Below are positions 46,833 to 53,491 of a stretch of DNA of 53,491 nucleotides, piece by piece (the stretch's first letter is position 1; the number at the start of each line of letters is the position of its first letter). Below the pieces are notes generated by a model, which was not told the origin of the DNA, did not search any database, and worked only from the letters and a program-made list of their open reading frames with translations. Location: positions 1 to 53,491 of the forward strand of contig JBEPYA010000001.1 of NCBI GenBank assembly GCA_041641615.1. The letters run 5' to 3'. The translations under genes were made by a program, and so were the position numbers. The stretch comes from Salinigranum sp. (GTDB lineage Archaea; Halobacteriota; Halobacteria; Halobacteriales; Haloferacaceae).

Positions 46833-48053
46833 ATGATGAATGTCACGCACGTGAACCATCACTACCTTCCGATGTACGGGGGGCTAGAGTACTACACTCA
46901 CCGTCTCTGTGAGTCGCTCATCGGTGCCGGACACCGGTCCGATGTCGTGACGACCGACGAGAGCCTCCGCGGCGCCGCCGTCCCCACCGCACTCGACGGC
47001 GTGACGTACTGCCGGACCGACGTGTCGATCCTGCGCAACCCGTTCTCTATCGAGCTGTTCCGCCGGCTCCGCGAGAGCGACGCCGACGTCTACCACCTCC
47101 ACAGCCCCTGGACGCTCTCGTCGCTCCAAGCCGTCTTCGCACTTCCCCCCGAGGCCCCCGTCGTCGTCACCGTCCACGGCTTTCAGCCCTTCACCAGCCT
47201 CTTCGCCCGGCTGGTCTCGCGCGCGTACCGCCCGTTCGCCCAGCGCGTCTTCGACCGGTGTGACGCGATCATCATCCTCGGGGAGACCGAGGCCGCCCGC
47301 CTTCACCGCGAGTTCGACGTCTCTCCCGACAAGGTCGCCGTCATCCCCAACGGCATCGACCTCGACGAGGTGGGCGTCTCGCCCGACGTCGTCGAGGCGT
47401 TCCGCGCGAAACACGGCCTCGACCCGACGAAGCCGACGGTACTGTTCGTGGGCCGACTCGTCCCCGAGAAGAACCCCGAACTCCTGGTCGAGACGCTCGT
47501 CGGCCCGCTCGCCGACGTCGACTGCCAGGCGCTCGTCATCGGCGCTGGCGACGAGGCGTACGCCGAGCGACTCCGGGGGATCGCCGACGACCGGATCCGC
47601 TTCGCGAGCGGCCTCCCCCGTGAGGAGCTCCTGGCCGCCTACCACGTGTCGGACGTCTTCACCCTCCTGTCGGTCTCGGAGGGTCTCCCCACGGTCGTCC
47701 TCGAGGCGATGCACGCCGAACTCCCGGTCGTCACCACCCCCGTCGGCGCGCTGCCCGATTTCATCACCGAGGACCACGGCGCTATCGTCCCCGTCGCGGC
47801 GACGCCTGACGACCTCGCCGAGGTGCTCCGCCCGTTCCTCACCGACGCCCACCACCGTGAGGCCGTCGGCGCGAGCAACCGCGAACTCGTCCACGAGCGC
47901 TTCGACTGGGACTACATCGCCAGCGACATCGAGGCGCTCTACATCGACCTCGTCGCCGCCCGCGCAGGCGACGCTGACGACGTCACGGACGACGACCCAC
48001 CGGATCCGACGCCGACGGAGACCGAAGATGAACTGTCGGCGTCGACGCTCTGA
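46833..48053 (+). CDS. GT4 glycosyltransferase
   Basis: GGLE, IPNGID, VGRLVPEKN and EGLPTVVLEAM motifs. Confidence 0.93.
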   Translation: MMNVTHVNHHYLPMYGGLEYYTHRLCESLIGAGHRSDVVTTDESLRGAAVPTALDGVTYCRTDVSILRNPFSIELFRRLRESDADVYHLHSPWTLSSLQAVFALPPEAPVVVTVHGFQPFTSLFARLVSRAYRPFAQRVFDRCDAIIILGETEAARLHREFDVSPDKVAVIPNGIDLDEVGVSPDVVEAFRAKHGLDPTKPTVLFVGRLVPEKNPELLVETLVGPLADVDCQALVIGAGDEAYAERLRGIADDRIRFASGLPREELLAAYHVSDVFTLLSVSEGLPTVVLEAMHAELPVVTTPVGALPDFITEDHGAIVPVAATPDDLAEVLRPFLTDAHHREAVGASNRELVHERFDWDYIASDIEALYIDLVAARAGDADDVTDDDPPDPTPTETEDELSASTL

Positions 48054-48531
48054 GGTTTCTCGGCCCGCTCGCGTCTCCGCTCTTCGTCTTCGGTTCACGT
48101 GTTCACTTCGTCGCGCCGCTCGTGCGCTCCCTTCTCGCGTTCTCTCCCCCGGTCGTGTACGTTCACACCCTTCCCCTCACTCGGAGTGACGACCCGGCGT
48201 ACCCGGCGTGACGGGTCCGTTCGTTCGCCCGGGTGGGTTTCTCACGGTCCGGATCTCTCACGTGATCCATCTGCGAGGGTGTGCGCCTGCGAGAGGTACG
48301 GAGCGATACCGAGGCGTCACGAGTCTCGGTGATGCCGCCGCCGGCACTTGGTTACTCGCCGGGAGGGTGTCGCCGAAGGAGCCTCCTAATTTCCCTTAAC
48401 GTGACTTTCGTAACGGATTGACATTACTTAACCCAGTGGTCGGATGTCGTTAACAAAGGTCTCTCTACACCTTACGTCGGCTGAGAAACTCATGATCACT
48501 GTCGCTCTCCCGGCCCTCTCGGAGGTCCTCC

Positions 48532-49437
48532 ATGTTAGACGGTAAAACCATCGCGGTCGTCGTCCCCGCCTACAACGAGGCCGGGTTCGTCGGTCGCGTC
48601 ATCGACAGTTTCCCGGCGTTCGTCGACCGCGCCTACGTCGTCGACGACTGTTCCTCGGACGAGACGTGGACCGAGATGTGCGCCCACGCCGAGGCGGTCA
48701 ACGCCGCTGCGGCCGAGACCGGACCGATCCTCGCCGCCGGCGACGGTGGTCGCCGCTTCGACCCCTGGGTCGTCACCGTCCGCCACGAGGTGAACCAGGG
48801 GCGCGGCGCCGCCGTCAAGAACGGCTACCGTCGCGCGCTCGAAGACGGCATCGACGTCGTCGCCGTCATGGATGCCGACGGGCAGATGGACCCCGACATC
48901 CTCCACGAGATCGTCGCCCCCGTCGTCCGCGGCGAGGCAGACTACACCGTCGGCAACCGCCTCTCGGGGCTCGACTCGTGGACCGGCATGCCCCCGTTCC
49001 GCCTGTTCGGCAACGTCGTCCTCACGTTGCTCACCCGGGCGGCCAGCGGCTACTGGACCCTCTCGGACCCGCAGAACGGCTACACGGCCATCTCGCAGGA
49101 GGCGCTCGACACCATCGACATCGACGAGCTGTACGACGGCTACGGGTTCCTCAACGACCTGCTGATGCACCTGAACGTCCACGGGCTCCGCGTCCGCAAC
49201 GTGCCGATGCACGCCCGCTACGGCGACGAGGAGTCGGGCATCCGCTACTCGTCGTTCATCCCGAAGCTCTCGATGCTGCTGTTCAGTGGCTCGTATGGGC
49301 GCCTCAAGTCGAAGTACTTCCGCCCGCGCGCCGTGACCCTCGCCGGGGCGGCGCTGGTCAGCCGCACCCAGACGACGGGCCCCACGGGCTCCGACCTCAC
49401 CGACTCGCGCTCCGACTCCGACGACGACCCCCGCTGA
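48532..49437 (+). CDS. GT2 glycosyltransferase (Dol-P-sugar synthase-like)
   Basis: VVVPAYNE, VDDCSSD, NQGRG, MDADGQ and DPQNGY motifs. Confidence 0.92.
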   Translation: MLDGKTIAVVVPAYNEAGFVGRVIDSFPAFVDRAYVVDDCSSDETWTEMCAHAEAVNAAAAETGPILAAGDGGRRFDPWVVTVRHEVNQGRGAAVKNGYRRALEDGIDVVAVMDADGQMDPDILHEIVAPVVRGEADYTVGNRLSGLDSWTGMPPFRLFGNVVLTLLTRAASGYWTLSDPQNGYTAISQEALDTIDIDELYDGYGFLNDLLMHLNVHGLRVRNVPMHARYGDEESGIRYSSFIPKLSMLLFSGSYGRLKSKYFRPRAVTLAGAALVSRTQTTGPTGSDLTDSRSDSDDDPR

Positions 49438-49611
49438 TCGGTCGAGTTCCCGTTCTCGTGCTGTTTCCCGTTCGCGTTCCCCCTTCTTCTTTCCCCGCAC
49501 CCCTCTCATCTCCCCCCCCTCCTGTTTCGTCCCGTCTCGTCGCCTCTACGCGTGCGACGTGTCGACAGCCGGCCGGAAAGATACAAGCTATCGGCCGTCG
49601 TGAATGTACGT

Positions 49612-49881
49612 ATGCTCTCCGCGCGGCTCCGCTTCCTCTATCTGCTCGTCGGGTGGCTCCTCGTCTCCCTCGTGTTGCTGTCGGCGTTCGGCTCGTTGAA
49701 CTTCGACCTGTTCTACGTGGCGTCGCTCATCGGTTTCCTCGTCGTCACCGAACTGACGGCACCGCTGAACCGCATCCAGCAGTGGCGCTCGGGGCTCGGC
49801 GTCATCGCCCTGCTCGGCTTCGTCGGTTTCGCGTACCTGGTCGTCACGCGCATCCAGGGCATCCTGGCGGTGCCGACATGA
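49612..49881 (+). CDS. Small three-TM membrane protein
   Basis: Hydrophobic, LVVTELTAP motif, ATGA overlap with the next gene. Confidence 0.7.
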   Translation: MLSARLRFLYLLVGWLLVSLVLLSAFGSLNFDLFYVASLIGFLVVTELTAPLNRIQQWRSGLGVIALLGFVGFAYLVVTRIQGILAVPT

Positions 49882-50969
49882 GCGGTCGAGAGACGCTCTT
49901 CCCCCGCGCCGCGCTCGCGGCGTTCGTTCTCGTCCTCCTCGTGGCGACCGGGGCCGGCGCGACCACGTCGCCGACGACCTACAGCGCCTACAACAGCGAC
50001 TGGGACGGCACTTCGACGTTCCGCGAGCGCGCCACCGCCGCGACCGAGGCCGAACCCGTCGCCGTCTCCACGCGCGCGTACGACGCGAGCGACGCCTCCT
50101 CGACCCTCGCGGTCGTCATCGCGCCCCAACGCGCCTACACCGACGAGGAACTCGCGACCGTCCGGTCGTTCGTCGAGGGCGGCGGCGTGCTAGTCGTCGC
50201 CGCGGACGTCGAGCCCACGGCCGCGAACGAGCTTCTGGCCGGCGTCGGTGCCGGCGCGCGCCTCGACGGCCGGCCCTTGCGCGACGAGCGCTCGTTCTTC
50301 CGGACGGCGTCGCTGCCGGTCGTCCGCGACGTCCGCGACGACCCGCTCACCGAGGGCGTCGACGAGCTCACGCTCAACCACCCGACGGCCGTCGACCCCA
50401 ACGGCGCGCAGGTGCTCGCGGCCACCTCCGGCTTCGCGTACATCGACGCCGAGCGCAACGCCTTACTCGATCTCGAAGAGGACATGCGGTCGTACCCCGT
50501 CGCTACCACCGAGCGGATCGGCGAGGGGCAGGTGGTGACGCTCGCGGACCCGAGCCTCTTCCTCAACGGGATGCGAGAGCGCTCGGACAACGCCCAATTC
50601 CTCGAGAACCTCGTGACGGCCCGCGAGACGGTCATCCTGGACTTCTCACACGGGGCGACCGTCCCCCCGCTCGTCGTCGCGCTCGGCGTCGTCCAGCGCG
50701 CCCCGCTCCTGCAGGCGCTGCTCGTCGGCGGCGCGGTGGCCGCCGTCGCCCTCTGGGTGTTCGCGCCCGGCCTGGGTGCCCGACTGCGCGGTCGCGGACG
50801 GGAGCGGAGCCGTCGCATCCGCCGCCTCTCGACGGTCGGCGCCGACGCGGCGTCGCTCCGTGCCTCCCTGCGGCGGGCCCACCCCGACTGGGACGACGCG
50901 AGCGTCGAGCGGGTCGCCGCCGTCGTCTCCCGCCGTCTGACCGACAGCCGACGCGACCGCGGCGAGTAA
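49878..50969 (+). CDS. DUF4350-domain membrane protein
   Basis: YSAYNSDWDGTS, FVEGGGVLVVA, DPSLFLN...DNAQF and DFSH motifs; precedes MoxR. Confidence 0.8.
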   Translation: MSGRETLFPRAALAAFVLVLLVATGAGATTSPTTYSAYNSDWDGTSTFRERATAATEAEPVAVSTRAYDASDASSTLAVVIAPQRAYTDEELATVRSFVEGGGVLVVAADVEPTAANELLAGVGAGARLDGRPLRDERSFFRTASLPVVRDVRDDPLTEGVDELTLNHPTAVDPNGAQVLAATSGFAYIDAERNALLDLEEDMRSYPVATTERIGEGQVVTLADPSLFLNGMRERSDNAQFLENLVTARETVILDFSHGATVPPLVVALGVVQRAPLLQALLVGGAVAAVALWVFAPGLGARLRGRGRERSRRIRRLSTVGADAASLRASLRRAHPDWDDASVERVAAVVSRRLTDSRRDRGE

Positions 50970-51048
50970 CCCTCCCGTATCGTGCCCGGCTATCACGCGC
51001 CGGAACGTGTCGAAAACGCTTATATTCCCACTTGGCGAACCGCGTTCA

Positions 51049-52017
51049 ATGACCGTCGCATCCGACCTCTACGAGCGCCTCGTCGAGGAAGTCGGCGTCG
51101 TGCTCGTCGGACGCGAGGAGGTCGTCAAGGGCCTCGCCGTCGCGCTTCTCACCCGTCGTCACGTCCTGCTCGAAGGGGTCCCCGGCGTCGCGAAGACGAC
51201 GCTCGCGAACCTCTTCGCCCGCGCCTCGGGCCTCGACTACCGGCGCATCCAGATGACGCCCGACGTGCTCCCCGCGGACATCACGGGGACGAAGGTGTAC
51301 CGCCAGTCGACGGGGGAGTTCGAGGTGACCAAGGGCCCCATCTTCGCCAACGTCATCGTCACCGACGAGATCAACCGCGCGACGCCCAAGACCCAGTCCG
51401 CGCTCCTCGAAGCGATGGAGGAGGAGACGGTCACCATCGAGGGCGAGACGTTCCAGCTCCCGACGCCGTTCATCGTCGTGGCGACCCAGAACCCCATCGA
51501 GATCGAGGGGACCTTCGAGCTCCCCAAAGCCCAGCGCGACCGCTTCATGCTGAAGTACGTCCTCGACCTCCCGACCGAGGCGGACGAACTCCAGATGCTC
51601 GACCGCTTCGACGCCGACCCCGACCTCGACGAGCGCGTCGTCGAGCAGGTCGTCACTCCCAAAGAGATCGAGCAGGCGCGCCAGGAGGTCGCGGGGGTCT
51701 ACGTCGACCGGAAGGTGAAGCGGTACATCCTCGAGCTCGTCACGGAGACGCGCCGCCACCCCGACGTCGCCTACGGCGTCTCCCCGCGTGGGTCGCTCGC
51801 GCTCTTGCACGGGTCGAAGGCCGTCGCCGCCATCGCGGGCCGCGACTACGTCATCCCCGACGACGTGAAGGAACTCGCCCCGGAGGTGCTCGCCCACCGC
51901 CTCGGCCTCACGCCCGACGCGATGCTCGGCGACCGGGGTGAGAGGGAGGTCGTCGCCGAGATCGTCGACGCGGTGGCCCCTCCGAGCATCGACGAGGTCG
52001 CACCCGCGTCCGATTGA
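51049..52017 (+). CDS. moxR: MoxR-family AAA+ ATPase
   Basis: HVLLEGVPGVAKT, TPDVLPADITG, DEINR, ATQNPIE, AQRDRF and GVSPR motifs. Confidence 0.95.
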   Translation: MTVASDLYERLVEEVGVVLVGREEVVKGLAVALLTRRHVLLEGVPGVAKTTLANLFARASGLDYRRIQMTPDVLPADITGTKVYRQSTGEFEVTKGPIFANVIVTDEINRATPKTQSALLEAMEEETVTIEGETFQLPTPFIVVATQNPIEIEGTFELPKAQRDRFMLKYVLDLPTEADELQMLDRFDADPDLDERVVEQVVTPKEIEQARQEVAGVYVDRKVKRYILELVTETRRHPDVAYGVSPRGSLALLHGSKAVAAIAGRDYVIPDDVKELAPEVLAHRLGLTPDAMLGDRGEREVVAEIVDAVAPPSIDEVAPASD

Positions 52018-52245
52018 GTACGTCGTCGGCTCCCTCCAACGTGGTCATCAGATTGGCTGGATGGTCGGCGTCGCCGTCGAAGACCTCGACTATCGACATC
52101 TCCGTGCCCGCCTACACAACATCGGCCGCCGTGTGCTGACGAACATCGAGACGACGCAAAACGGCGACGCCGCGCAGAAGCCGGAGCTGTACTATCTGGT
52201 AGTTTTTTCCCCGAGTGGCTCCGGCGGGGTTCTCGTCCTGAGGTA

Positions 52246-52340
52246 ATCTTGAGAAGCAGCTGCTCGATTCGGTCGCGGGCTTCGACACGTCCGAAGCCCC
52301 GCTCCGCCAGGTACGTGACCGCCGTCTCACGCGTGAGCGA
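52246..52340 (-). pseudogene. Fragment of a small haloarchaeal wHTH-like protein
   Basis: LTRETAVTYLAERGFGRVEARDRIEQLLLK reads like a helical DNA-binding fragment; flanks are not coherent. Confidence 0.35.
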
Positions 52341-52523
52341 CTCGTTCACGAGTGGGTACTCGTTGCTGGATCCGACGCAACCTGAAACGGGGTCGACCAA
52401 CAGCACGTATCGCCTCCGAATCAACGTCGAACCAGCCACGCTGGAGCCGACGGAGTCCTGACCAGGATACGAAGTCGCCGTACCCTCTCTGCAGCGTCGA
52501 GAACGGTGCTGTTCGACGACGAA

Positions 52524-53012
52524 CTATTGGGTTGTCTCACCATCGACGGTGCCGAGATCGGGCTCGTCGAACTCAAGTGCTTCCACGACAGCATCCGGAA
52601 GCTCAGGGCGGGGGGCCGATTCGTGGCGCTCGATTTTTTCGGTCTTCCGCGTGTTTTCGTAGAGAGCGCGTGCGACCGGAAGCCCACGGAGATACTTGTA
52701 GTCGTGGAGGATCTCGACGCCCCACTCCGTAAATCCGTAGAACTGGGAAGGGAGATCACGTTTTCCCTCACTTGGTTCGTATGTGTAGCGTGCGAGGAGC
52801 CCGGCGTCGATCAACGTCTCCAGCTGATCTTTGATAGCTGCTTGGCTCTTCCCAGTCATGTACTCGAGTTCGGCGAGCGACATCAGATGCGCGGGGTGGC
52901 CCAGCAGCTCTTGGATGATGAGATGGCGCGTATCCTGGGATAGCAGCTTGAACAGCCGCTGTTGTTCCGCGAACGGCCCTGCATCGGCCGCGCCAGTGTC
53001 GGTTTCGCTCAT
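52524..53012 (-). CDS. ArsR-like wHTH regulator
   Basis: LSQDTRHLIIQ...SLAELEYMTGKSQAAIKDQLETLIDAGLL...DLPSQFYGFTEWG. Confidence 0.85.
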   Translation of the reverse strand: MSETDTGAADAGPFAEQQRLFKLLSQDTRHLIIQELLGHPAHLMSLAELEYMTGKSQAAIKDQLETLIDAGLLARYTYEPSEGKRDLPSQFYGFTEWGVEILHDYKYLRGLPVARALYENTRKTEKIERHESAPRPELPDAVVEALEFDEPDLGTVDGETTQ

Positions 53013-53127
53013 ATGTGATGGTACGAGATAGGGCGCTATAACAGTTAGGGTCGTCCAAGTTGGTTAGATCGAGAAAAACCAAAGTGGTTCAGAAAGGATA
53101 AGGAGGTGTGGTTTGAATCGGCAGTTA

Positions 53128-53491
53128 ATGACCGACCCAAGCCCTCCGCCGGACGCTGGGGACATTATGACCGTTGTTCACGAGGCCGTCGGGGGCATCG
53201 AACTTGAGCCTGCAGAGAAACGAGAGATTTGGCGGTTCACACAGCGCGAATTGCCGTACCTCTGGAGTCAGCGGACATCGTATTTCATCCTGGGGAGCTA
53301 TCGCGACCCCTATCTCCGCCGGCTCCGCGCCGTCCAGAACGAACTCACGAAGCAGCTCGGTGCCTATCCGTTCATCATGGGTGATCTCCTCGAACTCCCG
53401 ACTGACCGGCTCAATACGTTCGATATTATGTTTTCGTTGCTCGCGACCTACAGCGACTACATCGTCGGGGTATTCGAGAAGGAGAGTGGTG
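53128..53491 (+). CDS. Partial CDS, Rossmann-like (TIR/nucleoside deoxyribosyltransferase-like) protein, runs off the window
   Basis: Open from ATG 53128 to the window end; YFILGSY...RLRAV...LATYSDYIVGVFEKESG. Confidence 0.6.
   Translation, partial: MTDPSPPPDAGDIMTVVHEAVGGIELEPAEKREIWRFTQRELPYLWSQRTSYFILGSYRDPYLRRLRAVQNELTKQLGAYPFIMGDLLELPTDRLNTFDIMFSLLATYSDYIVGVFEKESG

Noticed and set aside
10310-51941. Many long alternative-frame or antisense ORFs (e.g. 10310-12109, 12723-14231, 18304-19746, 25653-27275, 42748-44421)
   Set aside because: Arg/Pro/Gly-rich shadows of genuine GC-rich genes, with no family motifs.

Overview
Haloarchaeal (Halobacteria) DNA, judged from very high GC, acidic proteins, Orc1/Cdc6, TFB and RdfA/Sph3. 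It is most likely the origin-proximal part of a secondary replicon (megaplasmid or minichromosome). Positions 1 to about 10.2 kb form a visibly less GC-rich accessory region. It holds an IS5-family element inserted into an IS200/IS605 right end, gene fragments, an HTH-PIN pair with palindromic operators, and an unusual module: a ~400-nt highly structured RNA leader, a putative RNase/Zn-finger gene, an OB-fold gene, an RNAP-epsilon-like gene and a divergent TFB. From 10.3 to 31 kb lie an MMPL/COG1361 pair, parA plus a partner gene with three 13-bp-period palindromic arrays (candidate centromere), pncB, rdfA with an amber-interrupted sph3, a hybrid kinase, a PcrB-like/isoprenoid-synthase-like divergent pair, and orc1/cdc6 flanked by about 11 copies of a 15-bp repeat (origin). 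From 31 to 52 kb is a glycosylation/EPS region containing a Tat protein, a tail-fibre-like adaptor and a signal-less PL9 lyase, an ~11-bp-phased AT-rich array, and a DUF4350-MoxR pair. The window ends in another accessory segment. No rRNA, tRNA or CRISPR array was seen. Family names come from recalled motifs, not database searches.
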